A DNA stretch of 64,000 nt from an uncultured Bacteroidales bacterium (GCA_947165685.1 CAMVBK010000009.1:2524-66523), one strand, 5' to 3'. Shown: positions 42,154 to 51,661, counted from the stretch's first letter. Translations and numbers: made by a program. Notes: generated by a model not told the origin, from the sequence alone.

Positions 42154-42900
42154 ATGAAACGCTTAGTAATCATTCCGACTTATAAGGAAAAGGAGAACAT
42201 CGAGAACATCATCCGGGCCATTTACGACCTGATCGATGTCCACATTTTGATTATCGACGACAATTCGCCGGACGGGACGGCCGACATCGTGAAGTCGCTG
42301 ATGCCCGAGTTTGAAGGGCGGCTGTTCATCGAGGAGCGCAGCGGCAAGCTGGGCTTGGGCACGGCCTACATCCACGGCTTCAAGTGGGGGCTGGCGCACG
42401 GCTACGACTACCTCTTCGAGATGGACGCCGACTTCTCGCACGACCCGCACGACCTGCAGCGGCTGTTTGATGCCTGCGAGACGCAGAACGCCGATGTGGC
42501 CGTGGGCTCGCGCTACTGCCAGGGAGTGAACGTGCTGAACTGGCCGATGGGCCGCCTGCTGATGTCCTACTACGGCTCCGCCTATGTGCGTTGTGTGCTG
42601 GGCGTGCCCGTGAAGGACACCACCGCCGGCTTCATCTGCTACCGCGCCGACACGCTCAACGCCATCGACTTCGACAAGATCAAGCACATCGGCTACGGTT
42701 TCCAGATCGAGATGAAGTTCACGGCTTGGAAGTTAGGCTTCAAGATCGTGGAGGTCCCCATCATCTTCAAGGACAGGACGCAGGGCGTCTCCAAAATGAG
42801 CTCCGGCATCTTCCGCGAGGCCATCTTTGGGGTCATTGGCCTGAAAATCCGCAGCTGGTTCCGGAAGTGGGAACGTGTCGATAACCGGGCGAAATGTTGA
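42154..42900 (+). CDS. Polyprenol/dolichol-phosphate mannosyltransferase (GT2)
   Basis: 248 aa. VIIPTYKEKENI, IIDDNSPDGT, EMDADFSH, and a C-terminal amphipathic tail. Confidence 0.85.
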   Translation: MKRLVIIPTYKEKENIENIIRAIYDLIDVHILIIDDNSPDGTADIVKSLMPEFEGRLFIEERSGKLGLGTAYIHGFKWGLAHGYDYLFEMDADFSHDPHDLQRLFDACETQNADVAVGSRYCQGVNVLNWPMGRLLMSYYGSAYVRCVLGVPVKDTTAGFICYRADTLNAIDFDKIKHIGYGFQIEMKFTAWKLGFKIVEVPIIFKDRTQGVSKMSSGIFREAIFGVIGLKIRSWFRKWERVDNRAKC

Positions 42901-42972
42901 TCTCCGTAAACCCTCATTGGAAAAACGTATTTTAACCCTGGTGACATTGAATTCTTAAAATGCCAAAGTGAT

Positions 42973-44103
42973 ATGGAAAAAGAGAGATCACGAACAAAGA
43001 GATGGTGCGAGCATTTTACCTCCGTGGCGGTCTCTCTGCCCCTCCTGCTCGCCTTGCTCACCGCACGCGGACAGTACATGTCCTTCTTCGGCGACAGCAC
43101 GTGGGAATACAACATTACGTGCATTAGCCAGCCCCCGATGGATTATGTGAACAACCCACCCGATGAACCCAACCAATTAGGCGTGTATTGTGTCACGTAT
43201 CAGTATCTGTATCGGAAAGACCATCATCTCTATAATTATTTTGACACTGCGTGGCCAGTACCAATGGATGAGTTATATGAATCCATTTATCATAAAACTA
43301 ATGGCCCTTTAGTGAATCTTAATTGGATGTATCCACTGTATGAAGACACTGACCATGGACGCCTGTATGGAAAATGGAACATATTACTTTGCGACATGTC
43401 TCTCTCGGAAGGGGATACGTTCGTACTCCATGATGTATGCAAATGGGCAGATCCTCTTCATTGGTTCCCTTGGGAACCCACCCCGTCTTTTGACATTTCC
43501 ATGTTGGTGGATAGTGTCGCTTACGAAAACGGGCGGAAAGTAATTTTTCTCTCCCTGATAGACCATCAGGACGATTATTTTTTCGGAGCGGGAAATGCAG
43601 GGGTGCTGTCAGGTTATAATCTTTCCATCCGTTTTATAGAAGGCATAGGTGCTACGTATGGTTTTCATTTCATGTGCGAATATCCCTCTACTCAATATGG
43701 ATATGAAAGTGCTTTTTATTACTATTATTACCCATGGTTGCCCCTTCTTCAATGTATGTACAAGGATGATTCCCTGGTTTATATGGCTCATGAGGATTTG
43801 GAGTGTGCGCAGTCCTGCTGGGGGAACAACACCTACATTTGGGAGGATGTGCCGGGGTACTCGACAGCAGTTGTGAATTTATACCCGAATCCTGCCACGC
43901 AGTATGTCGTGTTGGATTTGAGCACCGGGGAGGAACTTAGCGGTACGGTGAGCATCACGGATATGCTGGGAAAGCTGTGCATCCAGCAGAAAGCCGAGGG
44001 GACCCGTTTCCAGTGCAATGTTTCTAATCTGCCCACAGGCATGTATTTTCTGACATACACGGATGGAAAGATGAAAATTGTGAAAAAGTTCTTAAAGGAG
44101 TGA
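42973..44103 (+). CDS. Hypothetical T9SS-secreted protein (C-terminal sorting domain)
   Basis: 376 aa. The C-terminus VNLYPNPATQYVVLDL......ITDMLGK.....NVSNLPTGMYFLTYTDGKMKIVKKF is a Por sorting domain. The N-terminal body shows no motif I recognise. The DNA is visibly AT-richer than its flanks. Confidence 0.6.
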   Translation: MEKERSRTKRWCEHFTSVAVSLPLLLALLTARGQYMSFFGDSTWEYNITCISQPPMDYVNNPPDEPNQLGVYCVTYQYLYRKDHHLYNYFDTAWPVPMDELYESIYHKTNGPLVNLNWMYPLYEDTDHGRLYGKWNILLCDMSLSEGDTFVLHDVCKWADPLHWFPWEPTPSFDISMLVDSVAYENGRKVIFLSLIDHQDDYFFGAGNAGVLSGYNLSIRFIEGIGATYGFHFMCEYPSTQYGYESAFYYYYYPWLPLLQCMYKDDSLVYMAHEDLECAQSCWGNNTYIWEDVPGYSTAVVNLYPNPATQYVVLDLSTGEELSGTVSITDMLGKLCIQQKAEGTRFQCNVSNLPTGMYFLTYTDGKMKIVKKFLKE

Positions 44104-44106
44104 AGA

Positions 44107-44514
44107 ATGAAAAAGAGTCTTCTCATATATTTTTATCTTATAACGGTTTGCTCGTTCAATTTGGTTGAAGGTACTTGCCAATCCTTTCCTCCTTTCCAAC
44201 TGGCATTCACCAATTACATCACGATATCGAATGGAGAATTCAAGGATGGTAACGACGTTTTCAAACCGCTGTGCATAAACTATCTGATTGACTATAACCA
44301 GAACACTTTAAATTCGGAATATTACATTGCGCCTCATCATGCCTATAGTAGCATCATGAGGGATCATACAGAAACAAAAATTAGTTCTTGGTGTCTTGGG
44401 GAGTTTGACCAATACTACGTGGGTGACTTTTCTGGTGACGGCATTGACGAACTCTTCTGTGTGCAAATCATAGGTGGAACCACAGTGTATTTATCAAATA
44501 CAGTGAAACATTGA
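44107..44514 (+). CDS. Hypothetical small secreted protein, possibly a gene remnant
   Basis: 135 aa with signal-like MKKSLLIYFYLITVCSF. It contains one FG-GAP/VCBS-like motif (GDFSGDGIDELF) and ends abruptly 23 nt before the next gene. The DNA is AT-rich. Confidence 0.35.
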   Translation: MKKSLLIYFYLITVCSFNLVEGTCQSFPPFQLAFTNYITISNGEFKDGNDVFKPLCINYLIDYNQNTLNSEYYIAPHHAYSSIMRDHTETKISSWCLGEFDQYYVGDFSGDGIDELFCVQIIGGTTVYLSNTVKH

Positions 44515-44537
44515 CAAACAGTAGATTATAAGTGTAT

Positions 44538-45698
44538 ATGGAATACTTCGTAGCAAAAACCTTTGCCGGATTGGAGACCGAGCTGTTCAAGGAACTGCAC
44601 GCCTTGGGTGCGCGGAACTGCGAGAAGCTCAGCCGCGCGGTGGCCTTCGAAGGCGACATGGAGATGCTGTACAAGGCGAACTACTACTGCCGCACCGCCC
44701 TGCGCATCCTCTGGCGCCAGAAGCAGTTCAAATTCCGCAGCAACCGGCAGTTCTACGAGGAGATCTTCGACTTCCCGGCGGAAAACTACCTCTCCCCGGA
44801 CGGCACCCTCGCCGTGCACGCCACCATCGTCGAATCCATCTTCAACACACCGCTCTACGCCTCCGTGCTTGCCAAGGACGCCATCTGCGACCGCTTCCGC
44901 GACCATTTCGACCGGCGGCCTTCCGTGGATAAGGAGTACCCCGACGTGCAGTTCCACCTGCATGTCTATAAGGACGAGGCGCAGCTCTTCATGGACAGTT
45001 CCGGCGAGTCGCTCCACAAGCGCGGCTACAAGGTCCGGAACCACCCGGCGCCCCTCAACGAGGTGGCCGCCGCCGCCATGATCCTGAAGAGCGGCTGGGA
45101 CGGCTCCTGCGACTTCATCGACCCTATGTGCGGCGGCGCGACCCTGCTCATCGAGGCGGCCATGCAGGCCCTCCACATCCCCGCAGGCTTCTACCGCCGC
45201 GAATACGGCTTCTACCAGTGGAAGAATTTCGACCGACAGCTCTGGAAAAAGGTGCGCGACGCCGCCGACATCAAGGATGACGTGACCGTCAACTTCTACG
45301 GCTCCGACATCGACAGCCGTTACCTCGACATCGCGCGGGCGAACGTGCAGAAAGCCCGACTGCAGGATTTCATCATCCTCGAACGGCAGGATGTGCGCCG
45401 ATCCTCCCCGGAAAACGTCCCCTCGGTGGTGATGATGAACCCTCCCTACGGCGAACGCCTCTCTGTGGATGACATCAGCACCCTGTACCGCGAAATCGGG
45501 GACACGCTGAAGAAACGCTATGCCGGCTGCAAGGCCTACGTCATCAGCTCCGACAAGGAAGCCCTGAAGCACATCGGCCTGAAGCCGTCGCGCAAGTGGC
45601 CCATGCTCAACGGCTCCTTGGAGTGCCTGTTCCAGGAATATGAGCTCTTCGCGGGCGACCGTAAACAGTTTGTGACACGTAAAAACCAGCCGGAATGA
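44538..45698 (+). CDS. THUMP-domain class I SAM-dependent RNA methyltransferase (RlmL/UPF0020-like)
   Basis: N-terminal THUMP-like region. DPMCGGATLLIEA is the SAM motif I. MNPPYGERL is the NPPY catalytic motif. The ATG at 44538 is preferred over the listed GTG at 44532. Confidence 0.8.
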   Translation: MEYFVAKTFAGLETELFKELHALGARNCEKLSRAVAFEGDMEMLYKANYYCRTALRILWRQKQFKFRSNRQFYEEIFDFPAENYLSPDGTLAVHATIVESIFNTPLYASVLAKDAICDRFRDHFDRRPSVDKEYPDVQFHLHVYKDEAQLFMDSSGESLHKRGYKVRNHPAPLNEVAAAAMILKSGWDGSCDFIDPMCGGATLLIEAAMQALHIPAGFYRREYGFYQWKNFDRQLWKKVRDAADIKDDVTVNFYGSDIDSRYLDIARANVQKARLQDFIILERQDVRRSSPENVPSVVMMNPPYGERLSVDDISTLYREIGDTLKKRYAGCKAYVISSDKEALKHIGLKPSRKWPMLNGSLECLFQEYELFAGDRKQFVTRKNQPE

Positions 45699-46774
45699 GT
45701 CGTAAAATATTGATAGTTGGTGTTTTAGTGCTTTCCGTTTTGTACGGCCATGCGCAGAGCAAATACAGCAACGAGTTTCTCTCGTTGGGTCTCGGTGCGC
45801 GCGGACTGGCCATGTCGAACACGATGTGCGCCCTCACCGACGACGTGACTTCCGCCTACTGGAATCCCGCCGGACTGACTCGCATGGACAAGCGCTACCA
45901 GCTCGCCCTGATGCACGCCGAGTATTTCGCCGGCATTGCCAAGTACGACTACGGCGGCCTCGCCTACAAGATCGACACCAACCAGTCGGTGGCCTTCTCC
46001 TACATCCGCTTTGGGGTGGACAATATCATGAATACCACGCAACTGATTGATGACCAGGGGAATGTTGATTACAATCGCATTACCTACTTCTCGGCGGCCG
46101 ACAACGCCTTCCTGCTGAGTTACGCGTATGCGTTCCCGCAGGTGCCCGGGCTCTCGGTGGGCGCGAACGCCAAGATCGTGCACCGGAAAATCGGCAAGTT
46201 CGCCCGCTCGTGGGGCTTCGGGCTCGACTTCGGGTTGATGTACAACCGCAAGGGCTGGCAGGCGGGCGTGATGCTGCGCGACGGCACCTCCACGTTCAAC
46301 GCATGGCGCTACTCGCTCACCGATGACGTGATTGCCGTCTTCGAGCAGACTGGCAACGAAATTCCCGAGAACGACCTCGAACTGACCGTTCCGGCGTTGA
46401 TGCTGGGTGGCGGTAAAACGGTCCACTTCGGGAAAGGATTCCACGGGACGTTCGCCATCGGTCTCGATTGTACTTTCGATGGAAAGCGCAATGCGTTGAT
46501 TAAGAGTAATTTTATGAGCGTTGACCCGCATTTGGGCATGGAGTTCGACTACAAGAAGATTGTCGCTCTGCGCATGGGTGTCGGCAATTTCCAGCGCGAA
46601 CCCGACTACGACGGCAAGATGAAGACCACGCTGCAGATCAACTTTGGGGTAGGGGTATGTATAAAAAATATTGTATCCATCGACTACGCCTTCACCGATT
46701 TGGGCAATCTCTCCATCGCGCAGTATTCGCATATTGTTTCGTTAAAAGTGGCTATCGATAAATTCAAAAAATAA
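45695..46774 (+). CDS. PorV/PorQ-family outer-membrane beta-barrel protein (T9SS-associated)
   Basis: 359 aa with a signal peptide. GLGARGLAMSNTMCALTDDVTSAYWNPAGL is the N-terminal family motif as I recall it. Alternating beta-strand pattern. ATGA overlap with the upstream gene. Confidence 0.5.
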   Translation: MSRKILIVGVLVLSVLYGHAQSKYSNEFLSLGLGARGLAMSNTMCALTDDVTSAYWNPAGLTRMDKRYQLALMHAEYFAGIAKYDYGGLAYKIDTNQSVAFSYIRFGVDNIMNTTQLIDDQGNVDYNRITYFSAADNAFLLSYAYAFPQVPGLSVGANAKIVHRKIGKFARSWGFGLDFGLMYNRKGWQAGVMLRDGTSTFNAWRYSLTDDVIAVFEQTGNEIPENDLELTVPALMLGGGKTVHFGKGFHGTFAIGLDCTFDGKRNALIKSNFMSVDPHLGMEFDYKKIVALRMGVGNFQREPDYDGKMKTTLQINFGVGVCIKNIVSIDYAFTDLGNLSIAQYSHIVSLKVAIDKFKK

Positions 46775-46778
46775 TATC

Positions 46779-47651
46779 ATGCAAGACAATCCCAAAACCA
46801 TTACCATTCAAAAATTTCCCTTTTCCGAGTCGCAGTTCCTGCAGCGCGTGGCGGCTGATTCCCGGCTTTCGGTCACGCCGGCCGACGAACTTGCGATGTG
46901 CCGCACGATACTGGGCTGCATCGACCTGACCACCTTGGAGGGATCGGACACGCGCGAGAAGGTGTCCAAGCTTTGTGAAACCGCCGTCTCCTTCCGCAAC
47001 GAGGCTCGCCAGATTCCTTCGACGGCCTCGGTGTGCGTCTATCCGCCGTTCGTGGCCTTGGCGAAGGAGAAGCTGGCCGGGACGGGGGTCAAGGTGGCCT
47101 CCGTGGCGGGCGCGTTCCCGTCAGGGCAGCTGCCGATCGGCCTGAAGGTCGCGGAGGTGGAGTACGCGGTGTCGCAGGGCGCCGACGAAATCGACATGGT
47201 CATCTCCCGGGGCACGTTCCTCGAAGGGAAGTTCCAGGAGGTCTATAACGAAATCTGCGCCATCCGGAAAGCCTGTCCGCAGCAGAAACTGAAGGTGATT
47301 CTGGAGACCGGAGAGTTGCAGACTCCGCAGAATATTTTCCGGGCCTCGCAGCTCGCCATCCATGCCGGCGCCGACTTTCTGAAAACTTCCACGGGCAAAA
47401 TCGCCGTCAATGCCACCCCTGAGGCGTTCTGGGTGATGATGTTCGCCATCAAGCAGCATTTCCAGAACACGGGCAAAAAAGTGGGCATAAAAGTGGCCGG
47501 TGGGGTGTCGGAATTGCCTCAGGCATACATATATTTGAACATTTGGCGTAAAAATATGGGCAAAGAATGGGTGTCTCCGGACCTCTTCAGGGTGGGCACC
47601 AGCCGCCTCGCCACAAAGGTTTTCGGCAAAATTCAAGAAAATTTTGTATAA
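46779..47651 (+). CDS. deoC: Deoxyribose-phosphate aldolase (long form)
   Basis: IDLTTLEG, VCVYP, ADEIDMVI, and the Schiff-base Lys context FLKTSTGK. Confidence 0.85.
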   Translation: MQDNPKTITIQKFPFSESQFLQRVAADSRLSVTPADELAMCRTILGCIDLTTLEGSDTREKVSKLCETAVSFRNEARQIPSTASVCVYPPFVALAKEKLAGTGVKVASVAGAFPSGQLPIGLKVAEVEYAVSQGADEIDMVISRGTFLEGKFQEVYNEICAIRKACPQQKLKVILETGELQTPQNIFRASQLAIHAGADFLKTSTGKIAVNATPEAFWVMMFAIKQHFQNTGKKVGIKVAGGVSELPQAYIYLNIWRKNMGKEWVSPDLFRVGTSRLATKVFGKIQENFV

Positions 47652-47676
47652 GTGTTGGATTATAAAGAAATTATTG

Positions 47677-47684
47677 TATTTTTG
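47677..47684 (+). promoter_or_regulatory. -7 promoter box (TAttTTTG) for the HU gene
   Basis: TATTTTTG lies 46 nt upstream of the ATG at 47730. Confidence 0.5.
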
Positions 47685-47729
47685 CAGCCCGAAATTTTTT
47701 AGTTACAAATCAAACAAATTAAAGTAGTT

Positions 47730-48014
47730 ATGACTAAAGCAGAAATTGTAAATGAGATTTCCAACCGCACTGGTTATGAGAAGAATAGCGTGCAAACCAT
47801 CGTCGAGGCCTTCATGGAATCCGTGAAGAAGACCATGGTGAACGGCGAGAACGTTTATCTGAGAAGCTTCGGTAGCTTTATCGTGAAACACAGAGCCGAG
47901 AAGACGGCCCGCAATATCTCTAAAAACGAGACTATCACCATCAAGGCGCACAACATTCCGGCTTTCAAACCGTGCAAGGACTTCGTCGAAGCAGTCAAGA
48001 AAAACACTAAATAA
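47730..48014 (+). CDS. HU/IHF-family DNA-binding protein
   Basis: 94 aa. MTKAEIVNEI...TG........V.AF......M..GE.V.LR.FGSF.VK.R..K.ARN....E...I.A...P.FKP. Confidence 0.9.
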   Translation: MTKAEIVNEISNRTGYEKNSVQTIVEAFMESVKKTMVNGENVYLRSFGSFIVKHRAEKTARNISKNETITIKAHNIPAFKPCKDFVEAVKKNTK

Positions 48015-48040
48015 TTATAATCATTCAATAAGTATTCATT

Positions 48041-48130
48041 ATGCCTAGCGGAAAAAAACGTAAACGTGCGAAAATGAACACGCACAAGCGCAAGAAAAGA
48101 CTGAGAAAGAACAGACATAAGAACAGATAG
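48041..48130 (+). CDS. Unlisted 29-aa Lys/Arg-rich peptide, MPSGKKRKRAKMNTHKRKKRLRKNRHKNR (candidate small ribosomal-type protein)
   Basis: ATG..TAG ORF read by hand; it falls below the size cutoff of the ORF track. It lies 26 nt after the HU stop and is followed 20 nt later by a strong hairpin terminator. Its composition resembles the very small basic ribosomal proteins (bS22/THX class). Confidence 0.5.
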   Translation: MPSGKKRKRAKMNTHKRKKRLRKNRHKNR

Positions 48131-48150
48131 TTCTTGCGTGTACAAAAAAT

Positions 48151-48192
48151 GAAAACTAAATGGCCCGTCCCGGTCATTTAGTTTTCTTTTCT
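48151..48192 (+). terminator. Intrinsic terminator after the HU / small-peptide unit
   Basis: 12-bp stem GAAAACTAAATG/CATTTAGTTTTC (48151-48162 with 48175-48186), further pairing inside the loop, and a T-rich tail. Confidence 0.7.
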
Positions 48193-48200
48193 TTTATAAT

Positions 48201-49787
48201 ATGGAGAACAATCAAACAGAAGTCACAAAAGAAATCATCATCACCTCGCATACGAACGAGGTGCAGGTCGCGCTTTTGGAAGACAAGAAGCTGATGGAGA
48301 TTCACACGGAGAAGTCCTCCGCGCAGTTTTCTGTGGGTGACATCTATCTCGGCAAGGTGAAGAAGATCATGCCCGGACTCAACGCCGCTTTCGTCGATGT
48401 GGGAAGCGAGCGTGAAGCCTTCTTGCACTACCTTGACCTCGGCATTCACGGCCGGACAATCAACGCCTTCGTGAGCCAGGCCATTACGACAGGGAAACGG
48501 AGCATCAGCCGCGTGCAGTACTTGGACGAAATCCCCAAGAACGGCAAAATCAGCGACGTGATTACCTCCGGACAGCAAATCATGGTGCAGGTCGCCAAGG
48601 AGCCCATCTCCACCAAAGGCCCCCGCATCACCACCGAAATATCCTTTGCCGGACGTTACCTCGTCTTGGTGCCGTTCGGAGACAAAGTGTCTGTGTCCCA
48701 GAAAATTAAGAGCAGCGAAGAGCGTAAGCGCCTGCGCACGGCCGTGCAGAGCATCCGCCCGCGCAACTTCGGTATCATCGTGCGCACCGTCGCCGAGCAC
48801 AAGCCTGTGGAGGAACTCTCCGCCGATCTCGACATGCTGCGCTATCGCTGGGACACCACCGTGGAGAACCTCTTCGCCTCCAAAGCCCCCGTCCGCCTTG
48901 CCCAAGAGGAGAATCGCATCTCCGCCTTGCTGCGCGACTTCCTCAACGACTCTTTCCACGCCATCTATGTCGATACGCCGGAAATTTTCACTGAAGTGAA
49001 AAACTACCTGCATGTCCATGCCCCTGAACAAGAGTCCATTGTTAACCTCTACACAGACAAACGCCCCATCTTCGACTATTTCAACGTCGCCAAGCAGATC
49101 AAAGGCTCCTTCGGCAAGGTGGTCACTGTGAAGAACGGCGTTTATCTGATCATCGAACACACCGAGGCCATGCACGTCATCGACGTGAACAGCGGCAATC
49201 GGGTGAAATCCTCCCAGACACCGGAGCAGAATGCGCTGAACACCAATATGATAGCTGCCCAGGAAATAGCACGGCAACTGCGTTTGCGCGACATGGGCGG
49301 CATCATCACCATCGACTTCGTCGATCTGCACGACGCCGGTAACAAGGCAACGCTGAACAGAGCCATGGCCGAGTTCATGCGCAACGACAAGGCCAAGCAT
49401 ACTATCCTGCCGCTCAATAAGTTCGGACTGATTCAGATCACCCGCCAGCGCGTGCGCCAGGCCACCATCATCGAGAACACGGAAGTCTGCCCGACCTGCA
49501 AGGGCACCGGCAAAATCAAGCCGCCAATCGTCATCGAGGACGAAATCGAAAACGCGCTCGAATTCCTTTACGAACGGCAGCACGAGCCCAAAATCACCGT
49601 GGTGACGCACCCCTTTGTCTATGCCTACCTGACCAAGGGCATCCCGTCCATCCGGACGAAATGGAGTTTCCGGTTCAAAAAGTTTGTCAAAATCGTGTCC
49701 AATCAGAGCAGTCGCCTGACCGAGGTACACTACCTGAACGAACGCGGCGAGGACATTGTCCTGTGGAACGAACCCGCACGCGAGTAG
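48201..49787 (+). CDS. rng: Ribonuclease E/G family endoribonuclease
   Basis: 528 aa. S1 domain (VGDIYLGKVKKIMPGLNAAFVDVG). Catalytic region (IIEHTEAMHVIDVNSG). CPxCxGxG zinc link (CPTCKGTG). Confidence 0.9.
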   Translation: MENNQTEVTKEIIITSHTNEVQVALLEDKKLMEIHTEKSSAQFSVGDIYLGKVKKIMPGLNAAFVDVGSEREAFLHYLDLGIHGRTINAFVSQAITTGKRSISRVQYLDEIPKNGKISDVITSGQQIMVQVAKEPISTKGPRITTEISFAGRYLVLVPFGDKVSVSQKIKSSEERKRLRTAVQSIRPRNFGIIVRTVAEHKPVEELSADLDMLRYRWDTTVENLFASKAPVRLAQEENRISALLRDFLNDSFHAIYVDTPEIFTEVKNYLHVHAPEQESIVNLYTDKRPIFDYFNVAKQIKGSFGKVVTVKNGVYLIIEHTEAMHVIDVNSGNRVKSSQTPEQNALNTNMIAAQEIARQLRLRDMGGIITIDFVDLHDAGNKATLNRAMAEFMRNDKAKHTILPLNKFGLIQITRQRVRQATIIENTEVCPTCKGTGKIKPPIVIEDEIENALEFLYERQHEPKITVVTHPFVYAYLTKGIPSIRTKWSFRFKKFVKIVSNQSSRLTEVHYLNERGEDIVLWNEPARE

Positions 49788-49788
49788 C

Positions 49789-50235
49789 ATGACGGAGATT
49801 CCCGCAGACATTATGACGAAAATGGAACGTTTCTGTGCTTATCAGGAACGTTGTGAGAATGACGTGAGACGTAAACTCACGTCATTCCATCTTTCTGAAA
49901 GCCAGGAAGATGAAATAATCCAGCTTCTGACCGACGGCCGTTTCATCAATGAGGAACGCTACGTGGAGTCCTTCGTCCGCAGCAAAGTGAAAGCCGCCTG
50001 GGGAAGACAGAAGATCGTGGCGGGACTGCGAGCGAAGGGCATCGGCAATGCGTTGATACAGCGTTTCTGCACGGAAATTTCCGAAGACGACTATCGCAGC
50101 CAGCTGCTCGGCGCAGCGGAGAAGTGGCGCCGTACACACCCCGACGAACCCCAGAACAGTCCCAAGCTGGTACGGCACCTCCTCTCGAAGGGCTATGCCA
50201 TCCACGAGATCATGTCTATGCTGGACTTTAGTTGA
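49789..50235 (+). CDS. recX: Regulatory protein RecX
   Basis: 148 aa from the ATG at 49789, 1 nt after the rng stop. The helical-repeat pattern ..CAYQERCENDVRRKL......EDEIIQLL....FINEERY..SFVR fits RecX. Confidence 0.75.
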   Translation: MTEIPADIMTKMERFCAYQERCENDVRRKLTSFHLSESQEDEIIQLLTDGRFINEERYVESFVRSKVKAAWGRQKIVAGLRAKGIGNALIQRFCTEISEDDYRSQLLGAAEKWRRTHPDEPQNSPKLVRHLLSKGYAIHEIMSMLDFS

Positions 50236-50330
50236 CCGATATTCCTTAATAGCCTGTTAGGGCGACATACATTCAACTCTGGGTGAACAAAGTGAGCCCT
50301 GGGACGATTCCATCAATAAGTAACGATAAT

Positions 50331-51167
50331 ATGAAAATGAAGAAAATAGCAATTGGAATTGGGGCAGCCTGTGCCCTGCTGCTCGTGACCGGCTTGTTGG
50401 TCAAAGGGAAAGGCTCCTCGCGCCCGTCGCAGGCGACAGTGGCCGCCTCCTCTGTCGAAACCTCGTTTGTCAATAGCGGATCATACGAAGTCCCGCGCTT
50501 CAGCCGGGTTCGAAAACATTCACAACAGATTGAGCATAAGGCCTATACGGTTGACTACAACGAGGAGTGGCGGTTGCCGAACTGGGTGGCCTATTCGTTG
50601 ACGGACCAGCAGACGAAGGGACCGGTGGAGCGTTACAACAAGTTCATGCCCGACCCGCAGGTGAAAGGCGCCACCGCGCAGTTCTGGGACTACCGGAACA
50701 GCGCCTACGACCGTGGGCACATGGTGCCGGCCGGCGACATGAAGTGGGACCAGACCGCCATGATGGAGTGCTTCTACCTGAGTAACATCTGCCCGCAAAA
50801 CCATGCCCTCAACGAGGGTGATTGGAACTATTTGGAGAACCGTGTGCGCGGATGGGCAAACTTCTTCGGCAAGGTCTATGTCGCCTGCGGTCCGATTGTT
50901 TCCGAGCATCCGGCGGTGATCGGCGAGAACTGCATCGCCGTGCCCGACTCGTTCTTCAAAGTGGTGCTGTGTGACATGCGCGGCACGTGGAATGCCATCG
51001 GTTTCGTCTATCCGAACGATGGTACACCCCACAACTTGTCGTTTTATTGCCGGACGGTCGACCAGGTGGAGGAAATCACGGGCATCGACTTCTTCCCTGG
51101 TTTGCCCGATGATATTGAGAACAGTGTGGAAAAAACATATAATAAAGAATCTTGGCGAATTCGTTGA
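50331..51167 (+). CDS. Membrane-anchored DNA/RNA non-specific endonuclease (beta-beta-alpha-Me, NUC1/Endonuclease_NS family)
   Basis: N-terminal TM anchor. The DRGHMVPA catalytic motif and the downstream N (SNICPQNHALNEG) match the Serratia-nuclease family. Confidence 0.8.
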   Translation: MKMKKIAIGIGAACALLLVTGLLVKGKGSSRPSQATVAASSVETSFVNSGSYEVPRFSRVRKHSQQIEHKAYTVDYNEEWRLPNWVAYSLTDQQTKGPVERYNKFMPDPQVKGATAQFWDYRNSAYDRGHMVPAGDMKWDQTAMMECFYLSNICPQNHALNEGDWNYLENRVRGWANFFGKVYVACGPIVSEHPAVIGENCIAVPDSFFKVVLCDMRGTWNAIGFVYPNDGTPHNLSFYCRTVDQVEEITGIDFFPGLPDDIENSVEKTYNKESWRIR

Positions 51168-51223
51168 CGAACGTATTGTTTCTTTTTTTACTTTTGCGGC
51201 CTAAAACTTAAAATTTCAAGAAA

Positions 51224-51652
51224 ATGACAGAAAACGATCCTCAAAACGGAAACAAGAGTTTCCTCCAGAAGGTTCTGGACAAGTTTAAATCGACGTCCGA
51301 AAAGGTCGCCGATAAGGTGGAAGACACCATCGACGACATGAAGGAGTCCGAATTTGGCGAAAAGGTCTCCAATGCGGCTCAGAAGGTCGGCGACAAAGCC
51401 AAGGACATGATCCAGGATGTCAAGGACAGTGAGTTTGCCGACAAACTTGACGACATGAAGGATGCCGTGGTGGACAAAGCCCGGGATCTGGGCGGCGACG
51501 TGACCAATTTCTGCGCCGACAAGATGAAGAAGGTCATCGGCAAAATCAACTTCGATGAGACGTTGAGCTCCCTTCGGGAAAGACAGGAAAAGACCGGGCG
51601 CGACATGTCGGGTCTGATTAATTTCGTTGAAAAACTTCAAAACATTAAATAA
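51224..51652 (+). CDS. Hypothetical acidic repeat protein (YtxH/LEA-like)
   Basis: 142 aa with repeated K(V/L)xDKxxDxxxDxK(D/E)SEF segments and no signal peptide. A TActTTTG box at 51189-51196 lies upstream. Confidence 0.45.
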   Translation: MTENDPQNGNKSFLQKVLDKFKSTSEKVADKVEDTIDDMKESEFGEKVSNAAQKVGDKAKDMIQDVKDSEFADKLDDMKDAVVDKARDLGGDVTNFCADKMKKVIGKINFDETLSSLRERQEKTGRDMSGLINFVEKLQNIK

Positions 51653-51661
51653 CAGAGAATT

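Noticed and set aside
48174-49811. 545-aa minus-strand ORF. Similar long antisense ORFs lie at 44526..45572, 55920..57248, 61535..62578, 35602..36975, 34167..35180, 20076..21305, 21360..22148 and 6801..7664.
   Set aside because: Each fully overlaps a gene whose translation shows clear family motifs on the other strand. All are G/A/V/R/H-rich and motif-free, so I treat them as GC-driven shadow ORFs.
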